From Podarcis cretensis (lineage: Eukaryota): 64,000 nt of DNA. This document shows positions 37,130 through 50,049 of the stretch, in pieces. A model generated the notes under the pieces. That model was not told the origin of the DNA, did not search any database, and was given only the letters and a program-made list of their open reading frames with translations. The stretch spans positions 39,556,001 to 39,620,000 of the forward strand of contig OX638156.1 of the NCBI GenBank assembly GCA_951804945.1. Reading direction: 5' to 3'. Both the position numbers and the translations under genes were made by a program. How positions within the stretch are numbered: position 1 is the first letter of the stretch; each line of letters begins with the position of its first letter.

Positions 37130-37412
37130 GCAACTATCTAAAGGGCTGTCACATGGAAACTTGCTTTCTGCTGCTCCAGAACGGAGGACCCAAACCAATG
37201 GATTCAAGCGATGAGAAATAAGAGTCCAATTAAGCATGAAGAAGAACTTTCTGAGGATAAGAGCTGTTTGACAGTGGAATGGACTCTCCTTCATTGGAGG
37301 TTTTTAAACAGATGTTAGATGGCCATTTGTCGGGGATTCTTTAGCTGTGAATTCTACATTTGGACTAGATGAGCCTTTGGGTGCCTTCCAACTCCACAAT
37401 TGTATGATTCTA
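37130..37412 (+). mobile_element. CR1 3' end (ATTCTATG-tail subfamily)
   Basis: AAGGGCTGTCAC…ACCAATGGATTCAAG…AAGAACTTTCTGA…GGACTAGATGA…CCTTCCAACTC…ATGATTCTA; similar pieces at ~25420-25495, 32250-32480, 32530-32610 (-), 46845-46990. Confidence 0.75.
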
Positions 37413-39399
37413 CCCTTCCCGACACTGCCAAACAACCCTCATACAAAAAGATAGTTCTGTGGTCTTTGTGCATTTTTTTAGAAATCATTTTTTTGTTCAA
37501 AGCTTACCTGGACTGTTAAGGATAATAAACATGACAGGGTTCCTGTGTCTACAAAGCAAGTGTGCACATGCATAAATTAGATGTGCAGTGTTGTGAATAT
37601 GTTGCGATATATGCTTTTATCTCAACGCATCTCGGCTTGGGCAGCCACCCCAACTGGATTGCTTTCCTGGTGTCTGCTCTGCGCTCCTGCAGTGATGCAA
37701 CATCCTTAATGCAGAATGACACGCTGCTGTCTCCAGCCAGCTGTGGGTTCATGCCAAGTTCTACAGCTACACAACTTCCAATCCACCGCAAAGGAAGATC
37801 GGGTGAGGCTTCTCTGACTTCGCCCCTCCAAAAACAGGTGAAAAGCTGCAACTGGCAGCAAAAGCATCTGCAGGAGAACTCCCCAACTCAAGACCCTGTA
37901 GTCAACCAGTCAAGAGAGGCACTGTATCATAATGGTTAGCCTTCTGGAAGGCCAAGTTCAAAGCTTTTTGCTCTGTTGATTTATTTATTCATTCAAACAT
38001 CTGGCCCTTCAATCCAACCAGAATCCTCAGCCTGACATTCGGGGGGAAATAAAACCTGAAATAGAAATGGATAACGCTAGAAACAATAGTAATCTAACTC
38101 ACAGCAGGGTAGAGAGAGAAAATAAACATAGGATGGAACACTAGGGGGATGGGGCACACACCTCAACTTAGCAGCTTCCATGGCATTTGGCTTAAGAGAC
38201 TCACAGTCACATTTTCTTAGGGTAAAGGATAATTTATTACTGGCCAGTCAACAATACTGGTAAGAACATACAAGCATAACAAGAGCCTGCTGGATCAGGC
38301 CAGTACCCCATCCAAATGCAGCATCCTTCTCTCATATTGGCCAACCAGAGTCCTGTGAGAAGCCTGCAAGTCAGACCCAGGGACTCTCCCACTGCACAGT
38401 GGTCCAATTCCACCACTCGTTCCTTCATAGCAGAGTCCTCTCCAGTGCCATGACCCTAATTAACCAAAGGCAAAGTAGTCTATGAAGTCTGGGACCATCT
38501 CAAGCTATGAGGCTTAAAAAAAAAATTAAAAAATCTGCATGAGATCAACCTCAACCCTCATCCCTCCTTCCATCCTCCATTCTTTTACTTTCAACTTTGT
38601 GATTCTAATGCCCTAGTTAATGAGCCAATTTAAGGAGCAGTCATTTCCTTAATTCTTTTGTAGATGACTTTTCATCTTTCCCACAAGCTGGAAAGTTTGA
38701 TTTGAAGTCAATTAAGCCTGGAACATGCAGGGTAGACCATCTACCTCACACTAGTTGAAAGGATAATGCCAATGGATTATTACCATCTGGAAATTTAAGC
38801 AACGTATGAACAGCATTAAACCCAAATGAGCAGCGTTTTTTTCTTTCTTGATCTTGGGGCATCTACCAACATCACAAAACTGGCTCGAAAACAGCAAACT
38901 GAGGAAATTTGAGGGCTTGATTTGTGGCATGAAAAAAACGGGGATCCATAACACTTATTGATGGGTGGTCTGCCATTATTCTGAAACAAACCTAAAGTAG
39001 GAAAAATAATTCCTAATGAGGCAACAACATAAAACCAAACAAAAAAATCAAGAGCAAAACACTTTATGAACTTAAAAATCAGCCCAAAGAAAAATTCAAA
39101 ATCATGAAGATGTTAACAAAAACAATCATGAAGATGTTAAAAAAAAAAACATGAAAATTGAGTTGAACCTTATGGTTAAAAAGGACAGAAAGAGACAAGA
39201 GTATGTATATCCAAAAAACTAAATACCATATACGAAAACTCTTTAATACCATAACTGATATAGATAAATCCAAAAACAGAGCATGTATCTAAACAATATA
39301 TCCATCCGAAGAACCATGCAATATTGTGAATAAGAAGAAACCCTTAAGCACATGAGATGTCCTTTAATCATTTTCTTTAGATAGCTGAAACACCAACCC

Positions 39400-39587
39400 T
39401 CACATGCCTCCTGCACCAGAGACTTCCACAGTTCAACTACGCCCTCTGTGAAGTAGTACTTCCTTTTTATCTCTCCTGGATCTTCCAGCATTCATCTTCA
39501 CTGAATGTCCTCAAGTTCCAGTGTTAAGAGAGAGGGAGCAAAACTCCTCTCTATCCGCACACTCCATGCCAGGCATCATTTTGTAAA
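39400..39587 (-). mobile_element. CR1 ORF2 3' fragment
   Basis: Minus-strand KRKYYFTEGVVELWKSL matches the CR1 motif (R..FF..RVV..WNSLP). Confidence 0.75.
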
Positions 39588-39870
39588 TGGTTAAACTCAT
39601 ATTAGTAGCTTCGAGAACACTGTCCAACCATCTCGTCCTCTGTCGTCCCCTTCTCTTTGTGCCCTCCATCTTTCCCAACATCAGGGTCTTTTCCAGGGAC
39701 TCTTCTCTTCTCATGAGGTGGCCAAAGTATTGGAGCCTCAGCTTCACGATCTGTCCTTCCAGTGAGCACTCAGGGCTGATTTCCTTCAGAATGGAGAGGT
39801 TTGATCTTCTTGCAGTCCATGGGACTCTCAAGAGTCTCCTCCAGCACCATAATTCAAAAGCATCAATTCT
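39588..39870 (-). mobile_element. Bov-B fragment without 3' tail
   Basis: Highly similar to 10650-10929; peptide RVPWTARRSNLSILKEISPECSLEG…RRGRQRTRWLDSV. Confidence 0.92.
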
Positions 39871-40962
39871 AGGTTCGGGTTTTTTGAGAAACCTTAGAAG
39901 GTAGGTTTCCTTTATGCTTTTTTGCTGGTGAAAGCTGTGAACATCAAATGATTCACATGAGCCTGTTTCCTGTCACTTGCTGGATCTGCAACTGTGGCTC
40001 AATTTTTGCGCCTTGGCACACCAGGCCAAGAAGGCTGCATCCTTGACCTACCTGTGAGTCAACATGGATATAGCCTTGCAACTGCATTTACAGATTTTGG
40101 GAGAAAGTGGGATGCTTTGAGTTTCTCAACTGCATTGGTATTTTTGTTTGTTTATTGGAATAAATATTCTTATTTGGCCATTTCTCAGGTGGGTCGGTGG
40201 GTCGGTGAGGAGAAAAGCTACCCAGGCATCCAAATTGGGGTCCCAGGTTTACCTAGGTAGAGGTTTCAGCTCCAGTGGAGTAGAAGAAATAAAATATCCC
40301 CCAGGCATTTGCACCGGCCTACAGTTCTGGCTCAAGAGTTACACTTAACATAAAAGAACTTTGGTGTATACGCCTGCAAAATAGTTGGCTCTGGGCATTT
40401 TTCTGCTGAATGCTGACCATGCATGCATAAAATCTCATTTTACATAACAAGTCAGAGAAGAATTGTGGGGGGAGGGGAGAAAGAGGGGGGGTGCTTTATA
40501 CATAATATAGCAGTGCATTATAAGCTGAATGCCATGTAATAAAAATTTGGCAACATCATTTTCCATTATATGTAAACTTCACATATGAAGTGTCAACATA
40601 ATTCAGCAGATAGGCCAGCTCTCCAACACTTGGTATGACACTGGTGAGTCACTAACATGTGAGCTCTGCGTCATCGGAAGTTCTGCTGTTTGGAAACAAA
40701 AGAAGAGCCCAAGAGCAGTATAAAACCAAAGGCCTATAGCCAACCAAACTGAGCACAATAGCATCCTCCCACTTCTGATATCCAGCAACTGGTATTCAGA
40801 GTTTTGATGCATAATACACAGCCATTGTGACTACTAGCTCCTGATAGCCTCATTCTCCATGAATTTGCCTAGTCTCCTTTAAAGAAGCTACCTTATACAG
40901 AGTCAAAGCATTAGTCCATTTAGATCAGTACTGTCTGCAGTGACTTGCAGTGGCTTTCCAAG

Positions 40963-41701
40963 TTGCGTGGCGAGTTCCTGCCTCCCCCCAGTGTAAATAA
41001 AGACACATGACACCATTGAATAGCGTTAATGGGCTAGAATTGGCCACAACTTTATTGGTTACAGGTAAGAGCGGTATTGGCTTAGGCATTGGTCCTATCC
41101 CGCTAACCGGCTTCAGCCTGATTGCTTGAAGACCGGGAAGGGTTAACACCAGCAGGGGGAGCCCTGCTGATGCACCTCAACTAGGTACTCCCCTGGGGTC
41201 ACCACTTGGGGGGGCGCTTTAGGCCCTGGCCTCCATAAGCTTCGGACAAGGCCACGCCCCCCCGGAATCCTTTAAAGGACTACCCTTCAATATTTGGGGG
41301 AGGTGATGGCGCTCCTCCCCCCCAACACATCTACATAACAATACCCCTACCAATGCCTAACCGCCACTCGAGCGAAGCTCACCGCCAATACCCTCAAACC
41401 TGCAACCAATCCCTAATCCCCGCAAATACGTCGTTCAGCCAAACATCGTTTCCCTCATTGGAAAGATGCACGCCATCCTCACGGTAGAGGGCCTCCTTAT
41501 TGAACCAGATGTCGGGGTGTTCAATGACACGAGCCCTCAGTGCTGCCACTCTACGAACCACTGCACATTCCAGGCTCTTCCTGGATTTATTTATTGTGAT
41601 GGGGGAGCAGCAGTCCTTCCAAGTCTTTCAAGCAAAGATGACCAAATTAAGACTAAGTCTGGAAAAGAGGAATGCAAGACCTCTAAATCATAGAAAATAT
41701 T
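40963..41701 (-). mobile_element. 5'-truncated putative Ngaro-type element: SGNH ORF end plus B repeat
   Basis: Flanked by a perfect 32-bp duplication CTGTCTGCAGTGACTTGCAGTGGCTTTCCAAG (40931-40962, 41702-41733); B repeat shared with 28708-29094. Confidence 0.7.
41394..41698 (-). pseudogene. C-terminal ~100 codons of an SGNH/GDSL hydrolase-like ORF, one frameshift
   Basis: Manual translation IFYDLEVLHSSFPDLVLIWSSLLER/fs/TWKDCCSPITINKSRKSLECAVVRRVAALRARVIEHPDIWFNKEALYREDGVHLSNEGNDVWLNDVFAGIRDWLQV*; DGVH is the block-V DxxH catalytic motif. Confidence 0.75.
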
Positions 41702-42874
41702 CTGTCTGCAGTGACTTGCAGTGGCTTTCCAAGGTTTCAGGCAGGAGGTCTCTCCCAGCCCTATGCCTGGAGATTGAAGCAGGGACCTTCTGGGTGCAAA
41801 ACAGATGCTCTACCACTGAGCTACAGTCCTTCACTATGGTCTGTCAACTAAGCTATGCTCTGCCTCCATGGCTGGACGCAGCAGTGCTTCTGAGTGGCAG
41901 CTGCTGCAAACCACAGGAGGGGAGAGTGCTGCTATTCTACTCGGGTCACACTTTCTGAAATAATATGCCAACCCAAAAGCAGCAGTCCTTTGAAATTCGC
42001 TCGCCAAATTTTGCCGTGGAGTTCTCTAGCCAAGTGGTATGGGAAATACGTATGAAGCTGCATATATCGGTGAAAATAGCGTACGAAAACGCATGACCAA
42101 ATAGGAAGTTGCTTAGCAAAAAGCGTGTATATTTGGCAAAATTGCACGGAGAGGTGTGTATATTAGGAGAGATTCACACTAAAATGCTGCTGAATTTTCA
42201 TGAGCACTTTTTTTGGAATGTGGATCGCAAACTGGTATGGAAAGGTAGAGAAATGAATTGAAGAGTGGGAAAAGGGCACACTGAGATGAACCAAAATTGA
42301 CAGATTTGCCCTTCCCTAATGGCCTCATCCAAACCTGATACCACCAGGTAATGAACTTACCGTTTTCCCTGCAGTAGGCATCCTTCCTTCCCCACTTAGT
42401 GCTAAATCTGCCGCTGGAAGCTGCTGTCTGAGCAAGTCCTAAGAAGGAGGGATTACAGTTTGATCCAACAGACATTTTACTCTTTTTTTCACCCTAACAA
42501 ACGCCCTTAGCATAGCAGGAGCCCACAGTGCTCCCCATCAAACTGAAATAAGGTATCGTACTGTATCAGTAACAATTCAGATGTTGTTTTATTGATTATC
42601 TTTGCACAACAAAGCTGGTAAAAAAAAACCTACTTAGAATATTAAAAGAAAAACCTATATAACTTTAATAATTAGAGACACCCGCTGCTGAACAACGTTT
42701 AGCTTTTTAAAAGTGGCAGCATATCACTTGGATGTTGCATTTTACAAGACAAAGACAAAGGGGGCCCCTCTCCTACCCAAACTAAGCATTGCTGCCGTCA
42801 ACAACCCAACAAAAGCGAAAAAGAAAGCTACCTAAAATGGAAATGAAAACATAATGTATGGAAATATGCTCTCA

Positions 42875-43006
42875 NNNNNNNNNNNNNNNNNNNNNNNNNN
42901 NNNNNNNNNNNNNNNNNNNNNNNNNNNNNNNNNNNNNNNNNNNNNNNNNNNNNNNNNNNNNNNNNNNNNNNNNNNNNNNNNNNNNNNNNNNNNNNNNNNN
43001 NNNNNN
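42875..43006. other. Assembly gap (132 N)
   Basis: Run of N. Confidence 1.
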
Positions 43007-43126
43007 AAAAATTAATATGTTCGAGCCTTGAAATGTCAAGTGTAATGATCTCTAGCGCTGCTTACCTCCTTGCTTTTTGTTTCAGTCTAGCTTGCTCTGG
43101 GTCTTCTTGCCTAAAGCAACTCTGCA

Positions 43127-43129
<3 letters not shown>

Positions 43130-43170
<41 letters not shown>
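43130..43170. repeat. (GA)n microsatellite
   Basis: Direct reading. Confidence 0.95.
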
Positions 43171-43173
<3 letters not shown>

Positions 43174-44111
43174 GGAAAAAGTTTAACAGATGGTTAAAGA
43201 ACCCCTCATCTGTTGCAGCAAGTTAAAAAAAAAATATCAACGAGAAGTGAACAGGATAAAGGGTGTCAAAGATGGGGTGGTTAAATTCATAGAAGTGCAA
43301 TCTTTAGCCTACAGGCCTCACCCAAGACACTGTTAAATATTCAGCTGTAAATAAAATCTATGAGAGACTTAAAGAGAGAACACTTGGGTTATTACTAACG
43401 TTAACGTTTCAAGACCCGATTGCATTCTGGATATTTAATGATCATATTTCCTCCTACTCCCAATATTGCGTGTCTTGCAAAGAAGCAAGCAAGCAAATTC
43501 ACTGCAATCATGTAACCGGACAATTGTTTTTTAGCATATGTGTTTTTTAACATTATGCTGGTGCCTTCTAGACGTTTTGGGCTGCTAGGAATGCTAGGAG
43601 CTGTGGTCCAAAATATCTGGAGGACACCAGTTACGGTGCCAAATTCTCACAGAGATGATAAACCCAAGTGCTGCTTTTCAAGCCTGTAAAGTGGCCTATA
43701 GCACTCATTTATGGAGTCTGTAAAGCATCATTCCGCTTCTGGAGTTGAACAGGACAGTTGGCCAGCCAGTCTGAAATAATGAGCTGTGCCTTCTTCTGGC
43801 CTGGGGAGGGGAGGTCTGCCATCCAGATTTTGCTAATATTCCCTGTGAGAGCTTACAAAACCCACTGAGGTTCCAGCTCACAAGATCCTGCCCTCCATTT
43901 CTCATGGCATACGACCTGTATCCCACAAGCATGCACTGCAAGCCCACAGCTTGGCTATTTCTGCCTTACATATTCCTGTTTCCTATTGTAGCATATGCTA
44001 AAATGCAAGAGAGTTCCATGCCTTTTCATAGTTAGAGAAACAGCTTTTTTGCCGCTGAGCAGAGCTGAGAAACCAATGGTTCGCCAGGATCTTCTTTTTA
44101 AAAAAATGTTT

Positions 44112-44469
44112 AAAAAAGGTACCCCTGCCCATGCGGGCCAGTCGTGTCCGACTCTAGGGTTGTGCGCCCATCTCACTTAAGAGGCCGGGGGCCAGCGCTG
44201 TCCGGAGACACTTCCGGGTCACGTGGCCAGCGTGATGAAGCTGCTCTGGCGAGCCAGCACCAGCGCAGCACATGGAAACGCCGTTTACCTTCCTGCTATA
44301 AAACGGACCTTTTTATCTACTTGCACTTAGGGGTGCTTTCGAACTGCTAGGTGGGCAGGAGCTGGGACCAAAGATGGGAGCTCCCCCCGCCGCGGGGATT
44401 CGAGCCGCTGACCATACGATCGGCAGGTCCTAGGCACTGAGGTTTTACCCACAGCGCCACACGCGTCCC
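44112..44469 (-). mobile_element. Full-length Sauria SINE of a distinct subfamily
   Basis: Head …CCCACAGCGCCACACGCGTCCC; tail GGTACCCCTGCCCATGCGGGCCAGTCGTGTCCGACTCT differs from the other copies; flanks TA(n)(GA)TGTTTA on both sides. Confidence 0.92.
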
Positions 44470-44889
44470 TAAAAAAAAAAAAAAAAAAAAAAGATGTTTA
44501 CCAGGCAAATATTTCTGTTGCGTTGGTTGTCAGCAGAAAACATGCGGGGTTCTTGAACAAGGCTTGTGAAAGGCAGGCAAAATAAAATGTGTGTGCGTGT
44601 GTGTGTCCCCCTTTTTATAATAAATAAATCTATTTTATTTTCAGGATCTCATTTTCTGTTTTCTTCCCCTGCGCTCCTGTTAAGAATGTTTGTTCAAAGC
44701 TGACAAAAGAAAGAAATGAAAGCTGTGTTCTGGGGGGTGGGGGAAGCCCAGGCTCCAAGTCTGCAGCAGACATATCCTCAGGGAGCTGTGAGTAACTCAT
44801 AATAACACAAATTATTTGGCACATACCACCAAAGCTTGCTGTATTGCTTCTTCGGTGGGGTGACTTTCTCAGTAGGTAGATATTGCAAA

Positions 44890-45450
44890 TATGTAAGAAC
44901 CAACGTGAACCTAAGGAAAAGCCTGCTGGATCAGGCTACTGTCCCGTCTACAGGGGCAGAGGATGGTCTTTCAAATTTCAGTGGCATCCTGTGGAAAGCC
45001 AAATGCGGCGGCAGCAGCACCTGCCTCTTACCTTCTTTTCTGCTCAGTTCACTACAACATAGTTTGGGTGCCCTACGGTGCCCCCTAGGTTCTGTGCCTA
45101 GTGTGGTGGAACCAGTCGCGCTGCCCTAAATCCGCCTCTGCCATCTGGTCCAGCATCCTGTTCCCACAGTGGCCAACCAAATAGCTCTTCTGGGAAGCCC
45201 ACAAGGAGGACCCAAATGCAAAACCACTCTCCCTTCTTGTGGCTTCCAGCAACTGGTATTCAACCATGGAGGCAGAGCTTAGCCATCATGGCTAGCACCC
45301 CTTGATAGCTTTATCCTCCATGAATTTGTCTCATCCTCTTTTAAAGCCATCTAGGTTGGTGGCCACCACTGCCTCCTGTGGGAATGAATTTCCTAGGTTA
45401 ACTATGTGCTGCGTGAAGAATAACTTTATCTTTCCAGAATCTTCCAACAT
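44890..45450 (-). mobile_element. CR1 3' end with a hAT-like MITE inserted at ~44951-45140
   Basis: AGCCTGCTGGATCAGGC…|CCATCTGGTCCAGCATCCTGTTCCCACAGTGGCCAACCA; insert ends CCCTAAATCCGCCTCTG. Confidence 0.75.
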
Positions 45451-47599
45451 TAATTTCCCCCTGCAATTTGAAAAACAGAATCTCACCTCCTTGGGCCTTT
45501 CCAGATAGGTATTTATTTATTTATTGCTGATGTGTTGGGCAACATGTTCTTGATGCAATAATAGTGCTAGATTTATTCTGGACTGTCCAAACATTATTCT
45601 ACTTTATTAGTTGTTCTTCAGTGTCTCCTCAATGTTAGAGCCTTATTGCTGCTTGGAGGGGCACACCTGAGCTATAGTTTATTTCAGCCTTCCCCAACCT
45701 GGTGCCCTCCAGATGTGTAGTCCAGAATGACTATTGGGCTGGTGGAAGTTGTAGTCCAACACATCTGGAGGGCACCAGGTTGGGGCATCTGTTGCCCAGG
45801 TTAGCCCTCCTCCCTTTGCTCTTGCTTTCAGTATTGCTTCAATCATGGTCATGCTATTCATTTTTTAAAAGTATTATACCGGGTGATTCAGAAACCCATC
45901 TTTCTTACTAAATGAAGTACAGATGCCACTGTAGGTGACATACCTTTGAGAGTCACCATGGTTCCCTACACTTTTAATTTTAAGGCTGTTTCCCCCAATT
46001 GATGGCATTAGAACGGCACCCACGGCTGAAACGGTTTACAGTCTTCACTTTTAATTAAATAAGTTAAATTGGCAACATGAAACACTTTTGCTTTTGCATG
46101 GCTTTGTTAATAAAAAGTGTAAATTGAAAGCAATATAGCTGAAGGTCAAAGCCCCGGTTCAAAGTCACAGCCACATGACCAAGGAGTGCGCCAAAAGGAA
46201 TGGAAAGCGCATAGGGGCCGCACACACAGATTAAAATATTAGGATTGAGGAGAAATAATTAAATGACTAGAAGATCATGTGTTCACTGATGGCTGGCCCC
46301 TTTCTAAAAGCAGTTTTGGTAGATTTAGGCTTCAACAACAGGAAGGTTAAACGCTTATTCTAGAAGCAAATGGAAGCCAGTCTACAGGAACGGCTGTGCA
46401 TTTCTTCATTTACCTAAAACAGAGGTGTGGAACCTCTGTCCCAGGGGCCACTTTGCCCGCAAAGCCATTCCCCCCAAACCACACTCAATTATCCACCAGC
46501 TAATGTCACTGGACAGCAGCACTGGTGAACAGAGAGCTCACTCTTGCCGGTGCTCCCTTGCCAACACCTTCCCTGTGAGAAGCGCACTGGTGAAGCGGGA
46601 CCACTCACCTATGGGTCACCTGACATTATCATCACATTAGCTGATTAACAAGGCAGGAGGCCCCGATCACCTGCTAACATTTGCCCACAGGAGAGGCAGG
46701 CAATAAAGATCTGACCCCACCCTGACCTAAAATATTGAACTTGCACTTTTCCAAATTTTCCGACGCAGTTTTCCAACCAAAGAATGTGCACAGAAAAGCA
46801 TCTGTTGGGACAAAACGCCTACAAAGATGCATAAATTGCTGAGGTTGTGGACTCTCCATTCTTGGAGGTTTTAAAGCAGAGGTTGGATGGTCATCCGTCA
46901 CGGATGCTTTAGCTGAGATTCCTGCATTGCAGGGGTTGGACTAGATGACCCTTGGTGTCCCTTCCAAGACTACAATTCAATGATTCTATGAGTCTCTAAC
47001 ATACCAAAGTTCATTATATATGGGGAATTTTAATGTTAGGGAAAACATGCAGTAAAATATTGAAAAAGAGGACTTTTTTTCAAAGAGGACTTTAAATAAA
47101 ATTGCAGAAATGTGAGAGCCGAATTTAAGACTGGAAAAATAAGAAAGCAAGAGAAAGTGAAGCTGACAGATTCATCTTTCCTTATCTGCAAGCAAGCAAG
47201 GATGCCTTTTGTTCTTCTCCCAAGTTCCGCTAACCTCTCCCAGTGTGACTTTTGACCTTTCATAGTCCTAACTTCCCTTTGCTTATATGTCCAAGAATAC
47301 ACTAGTCAAATATACTCGGATTCAACATCTGGAAAAGAACAACAGGTTATAAATAGACACAGATGAAACAGAAATTTTCATCCTTCTCCCTTCAGATCCA
47401 TTTTCCTTTTGTGTCATGTCTTTTCAGATTGTGAACCTGGAGGCAAGGATTGTCTTGCTTGGGCAGATATGTAAGCTGCTCTGGAAGTTGCTGTTTGTTC
47501 GGTTTGTTTACTGAAGAGTGAGATGAACATTCAATAGATTCGATTGATTTAATAGATGAAGAGATAGGTGAGTGGCTCCCCTTAGGAAAGGGCACTATT

Positions 47600-47890
47600 A
47601 TTTTGTGAGCACAAATATATGAAGCTGTTGGGAGGGGTTATGAGGAGATTGAGGACAAGGTGTCATCAATGCACTGGTGATGCACAGCTGCATTTGTCTT
47701 TAAAATACAATTCAAGAGAGTCCCTGCAGGCCTTGAACTCAGAAGCAGGCTGGATGAGAACAAACAAACTGACTGGCAAAATGGAGGCACTGTGGGTAGG
47801 TAATGCCAGTGTCTGGAATTGCCTGCTTCGTATAGGATCACCCTCCCACTGAAAGAGCAGGCTCATAATCTGCGATTACTCCTGGATCCA
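47600..47890 (+). pseudogene. Decayed L2-type reverse transcriptase fragment
   Basis: MKLLGGVMRR…CHQCTGDAQLHLS…WMRTNKL corresponds to L2 RT 'HQYADDTQLYLS…WM..NKLKLNP'. Confidence 0.7.
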
Positions 47891-50049
47891 TTTTTATTCC
47901 CAGGGGTGGACTTTGGTAATATGGTCCCTCAGCGAGGACAAAATTTGGCGGCACCCCTGCCGCCGCCCTAGAAAAAAATATATTATTTTTATTTTCATAA
48001 TATTCTCTTTTGGTGCAATTGCTTTTTATTAACCTTTTCTGTAAGTATCAATATAAATATGTTGTGCCCCCTTGGCTCGGCACCCTGTACAGGGGAACTG
48101 CCTGCATGGCCCTAAATATGGCATGGCCCATGTCGGCAGTGTTATATTTGGCAATTTTCCTTTTAAAAATAGCTCAAAAATTTCTTCTTTTTTGCAAATT
48201 TTCAAAAAAAACCTCAACAACTTTTCCATCCGGATTTGAAATGTGGCAACCCTATGCACTGGTAACCTCCAGACTGTTTGTGGGTCTGTGCTTGATGTTG
48301 GTATGTAAGCCGTGGCTAGTGCATAATGTGGCATCTTGGCTGCCCACTGGGGCAGGATATTATCAGGGGGGGCATCAAATGTTGCCAAAAGGCCTTGATG
48401 GCCAAATTCAGCCCTCATTGTACTATCCTGCTCTAAATGATGGCATTATGCTCTGTTTTAGTGTAAGAGGATCAGTCATGTAAAATTCAAGGAGGAATGT
48501 TGCTGTAGAATTGTAGCTATAAAGCATAGCCAAACTTTGCATTTTCTTCCTCTGCTTAAAAGCCAAGCTTTAATTCTAGAAACACAAAGTTTCTCACCCT
48601 GAATGCTACAACAGCAGGACAGAGTTGCCTCTATACTACGGCAACACTATTAATAGGATGATTAACATAACTGTGTTATTGGGAACATGAGCCTGTGTTT
48701 TTGTAGGAAGCGATCGCTCCTGGTTAACATAGCACAGGAGGTGATAGAGTCTTAACAGAAATCTGTCTCTAGCTGAACAGCAGCAGCACCAGCAGCAAAA
48801 GCAAGGAAGAATTTTGTGCCACCTCCAAGACTAACAAATATACAGCTTCCGTGGGCTTTCAGAGCTGGGAATGGGGGAAGAAATTCAGTTCAGTTTGCAT
48901 TTAAAGGCAATGTCTGCAACAAAAGACGAACCAAAACATAGCCATCCTTCAAAATTCACATGTCTCTGAACTTTGCAGTGCAAAAATATCCAGCCAAAAA
49001 TGAGCACAAAGATGCAAATACAAGGGAAATGTGTGCATATAAATACATTGGTGAAAATAGCATATGGACATGGATTATATTAGGGGAAGTTGTTGTGGGT
49101 GAGAGGCTGTCAATAAGCAAAGACTGCACTTATACCCAAGAACTGTTAAGAAGAAAGATGGGCTGTATATCTTTTATGAGGTCCTAGAGAGGTTTGAGCT
49201 AAGAGTTGTAGGCAGCAGAGGCTGGTCTATTAAAGCAAGTAGGGCACTGCCCCACAGAACTCAGGGCTACCAAGGGGGGTACAGAGAGCACATATGTAGT
49301 AGGTCCCAAGCCAGCAGGGGCCCAGGCTCTTAACTTTCATCTAAAAAAAATACACATGTTAATTGGACTCTTATTTTAAAAAGTTATAAAGCAAAATGTG
49401 CAGGCAAGTCTTAAACTTCTAAGCAGCTTCTGTGAGATAAGCTGGCTTGGCTTCTCCCACCTTTCATTGTTTTTAGCCAATGAGTGAAGTGGAAGCTATT
49501 ACTGATGAGTGAGTTGTATGCACACCAGGAATGTCTGGTGATTGTTATTTTTTTACCTGCACTTTTCTTTCTGGCTGGGGGCTTCTGTTTCCTTGTAATC
49601 TCCATTTGTGATCAGGTACTGCCTGGGTTATATTTTTGTACACATGGAGGGTAGCAGGATGCTGGCATAGTTGTATTCTGGTCTTTGAAATCTAAAGCTA
49701 CTGCTTAATGGTGGAGTGGAAATCCTTGGGGTTTGCCAAGGGGCTATTTTACATGGCTCCTGAAGACGAAGATGTCAACAATGTGTCTTAGCAGAGAAGA
49801 ATCTCTTGGGACCATAAGTGTTAGCATTCTGTAGATCTGTGCAGATACTCATAAGCATGACTGTTTATCTGAAGGTACAAACTGTTCCCAAATCTGAGGC
49901 ACCTGTGGGAAAGGACACTGTGGCCAAGCTCAGGTGTGCCATTACATAATCAGCAGTAACATGCCTGGTGACTTGTTGTCCTTTTTGGGTTCATTTGGTT
50001 GTATTCTGTACTGATTGCACTTGCCTGGGACTTAGGAAGCTGCCCTAAA

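Larger units (their letters stand above)
40885..41830 (-). mobile_element. Squam3-like tRNA SINE split by the 40963-41701 insertion
   Basis: AGCTACCTTATACAGAGTCA…CTGTCTGCAGTGAC…|…AGATGCTCTACCACTGAGCTAC is the reverse complement of the SINE at 7660; another copy at ~50365-50530. Confidence 0.75.

Noticed and set aside
39099-39150. Tandem duplication AATCATGAAGATGTTAA
   Set aside because: Simple slippage in A-rich sequence with no sign of function.
41394-41698. SGNH fragment as CR1 ORF1 esterase or a host lipase retrocopy
   Set aside because: It is followed by a terminal repeat rather than an APE/RT ORF2 or poly(A). Disfavoured but not formally excluded without a database search.
41466-41958. 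Plus-strand ORFs 41466-41693 and 41500-41958
   Set aside because: Antisense to the SGNH remnant; the longer one runs on into SINE/CR1 sequence.
42875-43006. Any structure spanning the N run
   Set aside because: Assembly gap; true length and content unknown.
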